A DNA stretch of 32,000 nucleotides from Idiomarina loihiensis L2TR (GCF_000008465.1 NC_006512.1:2280001-2312000); one strand, 5' to 3'. Positions 18,106 to 25,764 are shown, counted from the stretch's first letter. Program-made: numbers and translations. Notes: generated from the letters alone by a model not told the origin.

Positions 18106-19280
18106 AATGGCTACGGACAACTTTTATCAGCCTTACGGTGCTGCTCATCAGCTTGCCCCTAAGCGCAGACCAATGGGTTGAAAAACAAAGCTTTACTATA
18201 GACTCCTATACAACCCATGGAGGAGAAACAATTAAAGACATCAAAGTAGGTTGGGAAGCCTATGGCAAACTCAATGAGGCTAAAGACAACGTTATTCTGA
18301 TTACTCACTTCTTTTCCGGGAACAGCCACGCGGCGGGCAAGTACAGCGAAGATGATCCACAAGCTGGCTACTGGGATGCCATTATTGGCTCGGGTAAGGC
18401 AATTGATACCGATAAATACTACGTTATCAGCGTCGATTCGCTGGTCAACGCCTACCCTAATCTTCCCAATGTTATTACTACAGGGCCTGCCAGTATCAAC
18501 CCGGACACGGGAAAACCTTACGGGCTGGACTTCCCGGTAGTCACCATTCGAGATTTTGTGAACGTACAAAAGGCATTATTGGAAGATTTAGGCATTAATA
18601 AACTGCACGCGGTGATTGGCGCATCCATGGGATCACTGCAGGCCATTGAATGGGCAGCAGCTTATCCCGACTGGGTTGAACGCATGGTGTCGGTCATTGG
18701 TGCAGGCTCACTGGACGCATGGACCATTATGGGGCTAGAACAGTGGGCACAGGCCATTAAATTAGACCCCAACTGGAACGGCGGCAACTATTACGATGGC
18801 GATGCACCGCTCGAAGGTGTCACTCTGGCACAGGCAATGATCACTCAGGGTGCAATGCATCCGGAATACATTAACCAGGCAGTACCTAAACAGGAAACGC
18901 TACCAGCCAAAGGTCTGGAATCGGTCACCACTGAGCTTCCGGCAGTTGAATGGCTGTTTGGTGCGAGCCGGGCTCGTGCACCACTCGCTGATGCGAACCA
19001 TATTCTCTACCTGGTCCGCGCAAACCAACTGTTTGTTGCCGGTCATCAGAACACTTTAAAAGATGGATTAAAAAACATTTCTGCAAAAACATTGTTTTTG
19101 CCATCCAGTAACGACCTGCTGTTAATGCCGTATATGGCGGAAAACACAGCTGAGCAACTTAGAGAAATGGGTAAAGAGGTTCAATACGAAGAAATTAGTG
19201 GTCCCTGGGGACACTTAAATGGATTGTTTTCTATTCAACAAAAAGCCGGGCTACTCAGCGAATTTTTAACGAAAGAGTAA
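18102..19280 (+). CDS. exported alpha/beta hydrolase of the homoserine O-acetyltransferase (MetX)-like family, probable esterase
   Basis: 392 aa. The start overlaps the ligase stop (ATGA). Signal peptide MKWLRTTFISLTVLLISLPLSA/DQ. MetX-like core (ILITHFFSGNSHAAG, YWDAIIG.GKAIDTDKYYVIS) with the nucleophile elbow GASMGS. Confidence 0.75.
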   Translation: MKWLRTTFISLTVLLISLPLSADQWVEKQSFTIDSYTTHGGETIKDIKVGWEAYGKLNEAKDNVILITHFFSGNSHAAGKYSEDDPQAGYWDAIIGSGKAIDTDKYYVISVDSLVNAYPNLPNVITTGPASINPDTGKPYGLDFPVVTIRDFVNVQKALLEDLGINKLHAVIGASMGSLQAIEWAAAYPDWVERMVSVIGAGSLDAWTIMGLEQWAQAIKLDPNWNGGNYYDGDAPLEGVTLAQAMITQGAMHPEYINQAVPKQETLPAKGLESVTTELPAVEWLFGASRARAPLADANHILYLVRANQLFVAGHQNTLKDGLKNISAKTLFLPSSNDLLLMPYMAENTAEQLREMGKEVQYEEISGPWGHLNGLFSIQQKAGLLSEFLTKE

Positions 19281-19290
19281 CCCGAGCGAG

Positions 19291-19320
19291 ACTCAAGAGC
19301 CGCCCAGACGGCTCTTGAGT
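19291..19320 (+). terminator. probable intrinsic terminator of the permease-ligase-hydrolase operon, embedded in the 3' codons of the convergent gene
   Basis: A perfect 12-bp stem ACTCAAGAGCCG / CGGCTCTTGAGT with a 6-nt loop is followed by TTTATCTTT on the plus strand. There is no T-tract in the minus-strand orientation. Confidence 0.6.
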
Positions 19321-21041
19321 TTATCTTTAAGACTGTCTCCAACTTTGGCTTTTAACAGCTCTTCCAGTTGTTTGCTCTGTTCACCAGACTCATTGTCCCA
19401 TTGAGTAAGGTTTTCCAGCAGGCCTTGCTGACCACCTAATTGCTCTGAAACTTTGGCAGTAAGGTCAGCTTTTATTTCGGCCAGTTTTTCGTCGGCCTCG
19501 CCCATCGCGGATTGAGCCAACGCATCGCCTAATTGGTCATCTAAATCGGATTCAAAACTCAGCGATGGCCGTTGAATATCGCCGCCAATGTTGGTGGTAA
19601 TATCTAACCGCTGTAGTTGCTTTAAAGCACCTGCAACCGCAGAAGTCAGTTTGCTGCTGCCCTCGGCTTCTAAGTCAAGATTCAGCATGCGTACCATGGC
19701 TTTCCCGTCCAGTTTATTCTCACGAACTAGCACGGTTCCATCACTGTCCATCATGGACGATAAAATATTGGCACTGAGTTCGCTGCTATTACTAAGCTTC
19801 AGGTTATTCAGTTTTGCGCCTTTTAACTGCCATTGCTGCTTCGCATCAATGCCCAGGTCAGTCAGCGATAATTCGCCATTTAGGTTAAACGCATTCCACA
19901 AGTCGCTGTTATCGGCCCGAGCCTGATACGTCGTCGGCTGACCCAGTAAATTATGCTGGTGGGTAATATTTTGCCAGTCGACATCAATAACCGTACCGCC
20001 AACCATAAATTCGGTGCGCGCCTTTTTAATTAAAAACTCCGGTGGTGCGTTGTCATCGGCAAAGGAAATTCTCTGCCCCTCGCCACGCACCGGCTCTACC
20101 GTTGCAGAGTTGTCCGAACGCGCCAGCATAGGACCCAGCTGTTCATAGGCAAGGAGTACGTATTTACTCCACTCCCGCGCTTTTTCGCCTAATAACAAAC
20201 CAGTCACGTTCTCTAAACCACTTCCGTCCAGACTGAAAAACGACTTAATTCGGTCAATGTCGTTACCCGGGGCGTTCTTAAGTTCGGCTATTTGCTGTTG
20301 CACCACCTCTTTCGCCTGCTTCACTTCATCACGAAAATTACTGACAGCTTCTTTGTCTGCCCGAATCGAGTCTTTTAATTCATCTAAAGCCTCTTTTCTC
20401 GCCGCAATATCAGCCAGGCCTTCTACTTTGCCTTCGGTAATTTGCTTAATTTTCTCTTCGTATTCTTTTATTTTGTCTTTACTCGGCAAAGCTTCTCTAG
20501 CTGCTTTAACCTCTTGTTCTTGCTGCTCGTAGGCAGCTTTGGCTTCATCAATCACCGTTTCTGTACGCAAATCAACCTGGCTGACAATATCGTCCACAGA
20601 AGGTAAAGACGTGGTCAGTTTATCCCAGGACTGACTGGCCCAATTCTGCACGTCTTCCTGATCCGGCATGACATAAACGTCACCCTCACTTTCCCGTGGC
20701 TGATTAACACGAACTCCGGTCATAGTCAGCTGTTCAATTAAGGTTCGGCCAAGCACAATTTCTGTAGGGCTGATGTCCGCTGAAGCTTCACCAACCTGTA
20801 CCCGGTTATTTTTCGGTGCATTAGGGTCGGTGACCTGGATACCGGCCAAAGTCAGAGATAAAGGTACCCAGCTATGCTCAACTCGCTCAATATTAACTTC
20901 AGCGCCGTTCAGTCTTCCCAGCGTGTGCTCTAATGTAACTTTTATAATAGCGTCCAGAAACAACCAGGAAATAGCGACCAACAACAATACGAACCCGGCG
21001 AAAACGGCCAGTCCCGGCCAGCGAATGATACTGCGCTTCAT
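19293..21041 (-). CDS. uncharacterised inner-membrane-anchored envelope protein (AsmA-like N-terminus, central coiled coil); recalled as TIGR03545 family
   Basis: About 582 aa from the ATG at 21041, which has GGGGGTGA just upstream. The track's GTG at 21047 is the alternative. One TM helix (WPGLAVFAGFVLLLVAISWLFL) is followed by a beta-rich segment. A K/E-rich heptad-like region lies at about nt 20262..20555, then a beta-rich C-half and an acidic helical tail. Confidence 0.6.
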   Translation of the reverse strand: MKRSIIRWPGLAVFAGFVLLLVAISWLFLDAIIKVTLEHTLGRLNGAEVNIERVEHSWVPLSLTLAGIQVTDPNAPKNNRVQVGEASADISPTEIVLGRTLIEQLTMTGVRVNQPRESEGDVYVMPDQEDVQNWASQSWDKLTTSLPSVDDIVSQVDLRTETVIDEAKAAYEQQEQEVKAAREALPSKDKIKEYEEKIKQITEGKVEGLADIAARKEALDELKDSIRADKEAVSNFRDEVKQAKEVVQQQIAELKNAPGNDIDRIKSFFSLDGSGLENVTGLLLGEKAREWSKYVLLAYEQLGPMLARSDNSATVEPVRGEGQRISFADDNAPPEFLIKKARTEFMVGGTVIDVDWQNITHQHNLLGQPTTYQARADNSDLWNAFNLNGELSLTDLGIDAKQQWQLKGAKLNNLKLSNSSELSANILSSMMDSDGTVLVRENKLDGKAMVRMLNLDLEAEGSSKLTSAVAGALKQLQRLDITTNIGGDIQRPSLSFESDLDDQLGDALAQSAMGEADEKLAEIKADLTAKVSEQLGGQQGLLENLTQWDNESGEQSKQLEELLKAKVGDSLKDKLKSRLGGS

Positions 21042-21043
21042 AC

Positions 21044-21550
21044 TCACCCCCTAAAGTCCGTATAGATCTGCCAGAAACGGCTACCGCGAATAACCTGCAC
21101 CACGCGCATTTTCATTATTTGAGCCTGAATTCTTTTACGGTAATTGGCAATAACCCAGTAACTCAACGCAGCTACAATCGGCGCGGCAATCAACGCGATA
21201 ACAAAGCTGCCCATAGTTATGGTGTGATTAAACATAGACAGGCGTCCTAAGGCAGTTGCATACAGTGCTTCATAAATGCCCTGCCAGCCTGACGCTTCTA
21301 ATAAGCTCAAACCGACACTGTGGAACCAAGGGTCCAGCAGGTAAGCGATACCAGAGAAAATACCAAAAGACACAATGAATAGACTGAGGTTTACGCGGAA
21401 TATTAATGCCGCCAATAAAATTATTAAGTTATGAATTCGCCATAGCGGGGTTATCCCCATAAACATTCCTAGTACTACAGCTAACGCCAGTGCCCAGGCG
21501 CTGGTTTCAGAATTCAAAGCTTTTAACAGCTTTGCCAGAATTGTCAGCAT
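21044..21550 (-). CDS. small polytopic membrane protein, DUF2062-like; recalled as TIGR03546 family partner
   Basis: 168 aa with about 4 hydrophobic helices (ALALAVVLGMFMGITPL, LIILLAALIFRVNLSLFIVSF..., VIALIAAPIVAALSYWVI). Its stop lies within 2 nt of, or overlaps, the downstream start. Confidence 0.55.
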   Translation of the reverse strand: MLTILAKLLKALNSETSAWALALAVVLGMFMGITPLWRIHNLIILLAALIFRVNLSLFIVSFGIFSGIAYLLDPWFHSVGLSLLEASGWQGIYEALYATALGRLSMFNHTITMGSFVIALIAAPIVAALSYWVIANYRKRIQAQIMKMRVVQVIRGSRFWQIYTDFRG

Positions 21551-21636
21551 TCACCTGACTCCTTTGAAAAAGATAAAACAGCAAATCTGCTTGTTATCCG
21601 TCGTCTTTCTAATATAGTGTGAGTTGCATTTATTAC

Positions 21637-21655
21637 GCAAATAATAAGCAAATAA
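21637..21655. repeat. 11-bp-phased direct repeat GCAAATAA-TAA-GCAAATAA in the divergent intergenic region
   Basis: Read directly at 21637..21644 and 21648..21655, in the 143-bp spacer between divergent gene starts at 21550 and 21694. Confidence 0.5.
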
Positions 21656-21693
21656 CTTACATTATTTTTAACGACTTCTGAGTACTTTACGAC

Positions 21694-23154
21694 ATGCAGC
21701 AACACGTTCACCTTATCATAGATAACGCCGCCGACTGGCAGCCTTATTACCCTAGTCAAAGCTTACTCACCGCAAGTGAATACTTACAATCGGCACACTT
21801 GCAGAGTCGTTATCATGTTCTAAATTTGTGTAACGACTTATCTTACCTGTCAACCGGCTACTACGTTAGTCTGCTGGCAGAGGCTCGCGGACAAAGAGTT
21901 ATGCCGTCGGTTGCGACTATTAATGACCTGACCAACTTTTCCCATTATCAGTTACTGATTAATACCGCCGACCGATCACTCACTAAATATTTGCAGAATC
22001 GTGACGAAAAGTCGCTGTCGCTACTGATTTGTTTTGGCTTATGCGAACAGCCTGAACTGGCTTCTTTTGCACGCCAAATATTTGAGCGCTACCCATGCCC
22101 TATTTTAAAGGTTGAACTGGAATTTAACGGTCGCTGGCATATTAACAAGCTGACATCAGGTGCGTTGAATCAGTTAACTGATGAGCAACAAAGCTTTTTT
22201 GGTAACTCACTGGATCATTTCAGTAAACGTGTGTGGCGCAAAGCCCGCACCCGCAAAGAGTACCGTTTTGATTTGGCCATTTTGTATAATCCGGACGAGG
22301 CCATTCCGACCAGTGACAAAAAAGCACTGTCATTGTTTATAAAAGCCGCCAAAGAGGCCGATATTGAAGCTGAGCTGATTACGGCAAACGATTTCAATCG
22401 TCTGTTGGAGTTTGATGCGCTTTTCATTCGCGAAACCACCCGTATTAATCATTATACCTACCACTTTGCGAAAAAAGCCGAAGCCAACGGTATGGTAGTA
22501 ATTGACCACCCGGACTCCATTGTTAAATGCGCTAATAAAGTGTTCTTAAAAGAGTTACTGGATAAACATAAGGTAGCGACACCAAAAACAGAACTCTTGT
22601 TGAGCCAATCAGATATCGACTACGAAGCAATAGGCGAACGTTTGGGTTATCCGGTTGTGCTGAAAATTCCTGACGGTTCATTTTCTATTGGCGTGGAAAA
22701 AGCAGAAGACTTAGCCCAGTTTAAACAAGTGGCAACGGAGCTTTTTAAGCAGTCCACTATACTGCTGGCACAAGAGTATATGAGAACCGACTACGACTGG
22801 CGAATTGGCGTGCTGAATAACCGCCCCATATACGCTTGCCAGTACTTTATGGCGCGTAACCACTGGCAAATTTATAACCACAGCGAGTCGTCCTCGCGAG
22901 GTAAAAGCGGTTCTTTTGCCACTTTAGGCGTGCACCAAGCCCCTAAAGATGTGGTGCGGCTGGCGTTACAGGCAACCCGCTTAATAGGTGACGGCCTGTA
23001 CGGTGTAGATATTAAACAAACACCGCAAGGCCCTGTTGTTATTGAAATTAATGACAACCCGTCAATTGAATCTGGTGTGGAAGACAAACACTTAGGTTAT
23101 GAGCTGTACCGGCTGATTATGGCTGATTTTGGACGACGCCTGGATGAATACTGA
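21694..23154 (+). CDS. RimK-family ATP-grasp ligase with N-terminal RLAN-type (RimK-like ATP-grasp N-terminal) domain
   Basis: 486 aa. The C-terminal ~290 aa follow the RimK/ATP-grasp pattern (KCANKVFLKELLDKHKVATPKT, GYPVVLKIPDGSFSIGVEKA, LLAQEYMRTDYDWRIGVL, GLYGVDIKQTPQGPVVIEINDNPS). The N-terminal ~190 aa form a separate alpha/beta domain (LNLCNDLSYLSTGYYVSLLAEARGQRVMPS). No obvious SD precedes the ATG. Confidence 0.8.
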   Translation: MQQHVHLIIDNAADWQPYYPSQSLLTASEYLQSAHLQSRYHVLNLCNDLSYLSTGYYVSLLAEARGQRVMPSVATINDLTNFSHYQLLINTADRSLTKYLQNRDEKSLSLLICFGLCEQPELASFARQIFERYPCPILKVELEFNGRWHINKLTSGALNQLTDEQQSFFGNSLDHFSKRVWRKARTRKEYRFDLAILYNPDEAIPTSDKKALSLFIKAAKEADIEAELITANDFNRLLEFDALFIRETTRINHYTYHFAKKAEANGMVVIDHPDSIVKCANKVFLKELLDKHKVATPKTELLLSQSDIDYEAIGERLGYPVVLKIPDGSFSIGVEKAEDLAQFKQVATELFKQSTILLAQEYMRTDYDWRIGVLNNRPIYACQYFMARNHWQIYNHSESSSRGKSGSFATLGVHQAPKDVVRLALQATRLIGDGLYGVDIKQTPQGPVVIEINDNPSIESGVEDKHLGYELYRLIMADFGRRLDEY

Positions 23155-23611
23155 GTTTCGCATTGAGCGGGCAGACAAGAACGACCTTGAACAATTAGTT
23201 TCTTTAGAACGTGCAACTTTTAATTACAGTTGCATTAGTCGTCGCAGTTTTAAACGAGTAATTGAATCCAGCCATAACTATTGCTGGGTAGCACGTTCAG
23301 GTAACGATTTAGCCGGGTACGCTATTGCCTTTACCCGGCGTAACAGCAAAGTATGGCGCCTGTACTCAATAGCCGTAGCTCAGAGCTTTCGCGGTTTAGG
23401 GGTAGGTAATCTGCTTATGAATGAAGTGCTGAATTCGGCGAAAACCGCCGGCGCTAATGCCATGTCGCTGGAAGTGAAAAGCGACAACAAGGCCGCTATT
23501 CACTGGTATCAAAGCTGTGGTTTCGAAACCATCGATATTCTGCCGGAATACTACGATGACGGCAGCGACGGCTTCAAAATGCGCTTTACTTTTTGTCCGG
23601 AAAGTCAGTAA
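23144..23611 (+). CDS. GNAT-family N-acetyltransferase (RimI-like)
   Basis: About 155 aa from the ATG at 23144. The track start at 23129 is a TTG. It overlaps the ATP-grasp stop by 11 nt. The acetyl-CoA loop is intact (SFRGLGVGNLLM), and the AMSLEVKSDNKAAIHWYQSCGFE motif is typical GNAT. Confidence 0.8.
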   Translation: MNTEFRIERADKNDLEQLVSLERATFNYSCISRRSFKRVIESSHNYCWVARSGNDLAGYAIAFTRRNSKVWRLYSIAVAQSFRGLGVGNLLMNEVLNSAKTAGANAMSLEVKSDNKAAIHWYQSCGFETIDILPEYYDDGSDGFKMRFTFCPESQ

Positions 23612-24605
23612 ACACGCCCTCTACGCCAGCTTGTTTTAACCACTGGCGCAATTGCGCATGAGACTCCACGCCTTCGGGTAAGTCATCGGCCCGCAAGGTA
23701 TAAACATGAACATCCAGACCTTTCTCTTCCGCTGACTTTAAAACACTGTCCCATTCAGGCTCACCGTTTTCATTCACTCCGGTCAATACGTGGTTTACCC
23801 ACAAGCCGACACCTTCAGCGTAGCTTTTTACTGACTCCAGCCCGGCACCCGTGCGCATGGCGCTGTAATCAATATCGGTCTCTCCCCACTCATTGTCACC
23901 CACCAGCTGAATTAACGGAAAGTCCCAGTTAAATTCACGCTTTAAGCGACGTAACACTTCCGGGTCAAAAGACTGCAGATAAACCGGTGTTGGCCGTTTG
24001 TCGTGGTATCCGTTGTGAGCCAGGACAGACATCACTGCCGCCGTCGCGTCGTACCCTTGCTGCTGATACCAGCGCGGAGATTTGATCTCGATATAAATGC
24101 CTGTCGACATATCCCGAACGCGATTCAGCTCCTGAATCAGTTTGATTTCCTCATCCAGCGTTTGTATAGGAAAGTGAACATCGGGGTGAGAAAATCGCTT
24201 AGGGTAAACCAGCTCATAATCTTTATGCCGGGCGACCATAGTTAACTGTTTAAGCTCTTCCAGCGAAAAATCGACCACATAGTATTTACCATCGGGACGA
24301 TGCTTTTCCGGAAACACTTCGGAGACATTGGTGACATGGTCCAGAATTTCATCATGCAGAACGACCGGAACGCTGTCACGGCTCAGTTGCACGTCTTGCT
24401 CTATGAAGTCCGCTCCCAGCCCATGAGCCATAACGGTGCTGGCCTGAGTGTGCTCGGGTAAATAACCGGAAGCACCGCGGTGCGCAATGTCCAGAAACTG
24501 CGGAACTTGAAGGTCATGGAACGGCGCATCCGGCGTCTCGTCCTGCGCCTGAACTGCGGTTGCTGATACCAATAAAAACAAACACCCAAAAATACGTTTA
24601 GTCAT
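23586..24605 (-). CDS. glpQ: periplasmic glycerophosphodiester phosphodiesterase
   Basis: 339 aa with a signal peptide (LLVSATAVQA/QD). IAHRGASGYLPEHT, VLHD, YYVVDFSLEELKQL and the terminal GVFTDFPDK are colinear with E. coli GlpQ. Confidence 0.88.
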   Translation of the reverse strand: MTKRIFGCLFLLVSATAVQAQDETPDAPFHDLQVPQFLDIAHRGASGYLPEHTQASTVMAHGLGADFIEQDVQLSRDSVPVVLHDEILDHVTNVSEVFPEKHRPDGKYYVVDFSLEELKQLTMVARHKDYELVYPKRFSHPDVHFPIQTLDEEIKLIQELNRVRDMSTGIYIEIKSPRWYQQQGYDATAAVMSVLAHNGYHDKRPTPVYLQSFDPEVLRRLKREFNWDFPLIQLVGDNEWGETDIDYSAMRTGAGLESVKSYAEGVGLWVNHVLTGVNENGEPEWDSVLKSAEEKGLDVHVYTLRADDLPEGVESHAQLRQWLKQAGVEGVFTDFPDKK

Positions 24606-25650
24606 TGTTCCAGTTAACCTCTAGTACCTTATCGCCAAGCTCGCGATAACGCGTCATTAATACGTCAATGGGTTCCGGGTCAGGGTTTAACCCGCGTCCG
24701 CGCAAATATTCCGGGTTGTACAGCTTACTCACCGAACGTTCACCCAAGTCACAGGAAAAGGTCACAATGCGGTGTCCCGGACCTTTTCGTAAAGCTGCGG
24801 CCAACGCACCAGCCACGTTTAGCGCCGAGCTACTCCCCAGAACAATACCATCTTCGTCTCGGATATAACGTGACAAAGTCACTAAATCTTGATCGGGCAA
24901 ATTAACCGCGTGATCAATACGTGCCTGGCGGAAATTATCCACTAGCCGCATAATACCAATGCCCTCCGTCATAGAGCCGCCATTCGACACATATTCGCCG
25001 CTGCGTAAAAACTCATAGATACCGGAACCATCCGGGTCAACCACCCAAACATCCAGTTCCGGGTTCTGCTCTTTTAAGAAGCGAGAGTTACCACCAATGG
25101 TGCCACCGGTTCCAGCCACAGACACCAGAGCGTCAATTCTCCCTTCGGTTTGTTCCCATATTTCCGGGCCAGTATGAAGGTAATGCGCACGAGCATTACT
25201 GGTGTTTTCAAATTGGTTAGCCCACCAGCAATCATCGCGTTCTTCCGCTAAACGGCGCGCCGTATGGTAGAAGTGATTTTCGTTCTTAAAAGGAACCGGA
25301 TCAACCGCCATCAGTTCACCGCCATGCAAGCGGATCATGCGCTCTTTCTCCGGTGTCTGGTCATTGGGCATGACCGCTAACATACGCAAGCCGTAAGACT
25401 TTGCCACAACAGCCAGGCCAATACCGGTATTACCGGCGGTACCTTCAACCACCGTCATACCCGGCTTTAACTCGCCGCGTTCCATAGCGTCATCAATCAG
25501 TTGCTTAGCCGCGCGATCCTTAATGGAGCCGCCCGGATTCTGGAACTCGCATTTAATAAAGATATCGCATCCGGTTAAATCAGACAGCGACGGTATACGA
25601 AGTAAATCCGTCTGCCCGATAAGATCGCTCTGCCGCGCGCCAACTCTCAT
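24598..25650 (-). CDS. PLP-dependent cysteine synthase / CBS-like (CysK/CysM fold type II) enzyme with C-terminal extension
   Basis: 350 aa with the PLP-lysine motif NPGGSIKDRAA, the GNTGIGLA loop, GTGGTIGG and SSALNVAGAL. Its stop overlaps the glpQ start (ATGACTAA). The exact reaction is not inferable. Confidence 0.8.
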   Translation of the reverse strand: MRVGARQSDLIGQTDLLRIPSLSDLTGCDIFIKCEFQNPGGSIKDRAAKQLIDDAMERGELKPGMTVVEGTAGNTGIGLAVVAKSYGLRMLAVMPNDQTPEKERMIRLHGGELMAVDPVPFKNENHFYHTARRLAEERDDCWWANQFENTSNARAHYLHTGPEIWEQTEGRIDALVSVAGTGGTIGGNSRFLKEQNPELDVWVVDPDGSGIYEFLRSGEYVSNGGSMTEGIGIMRLVDNFRQARIDHAVNLPDQDLVTLSRYIRDEDGIVLGSSSALNVAGALAAALRKGPGHRIVTFSCDLGERSVSKLYNPEYLRGRGLNPDPEPIDVLMTRYRELGDKVLEVNWNND

Positions 25651-25747
25651 GCCACTGCACCCTTAATCATTCGCTACTGTAGGTAAATAGTATCTCCCCT
25701 GTACCCTTTTGGTTCAATAGCACTTTTGGTGCAATGCACAGAAGGGG

Positions 25748-25764
25748 CGCACGTTTTTTGTGCA
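25748..25764. promoter_or_regulatory. NtrC-type enhancer-like palindrome upstream of glnK
   Basis: CGCACGTTTTTTGTGCA has GCAC-N7-GTGC spacing, as in the TGCACC-N5-GGTGCA NtrC consensus. It lies about 50 bp upstream of the TGGCAC element. A second partial site GCACTTTTGGTGCA is at 25720..25733. Confidence 0.45.

Noticed and set aside
21544-21759. 71-aa minus-strand ORF across the divergent intergenic region
   Set aside because: It overlaps the starts of both flanking genes and has an AT-rich, low-information translation. It is more likely promoter DNA.
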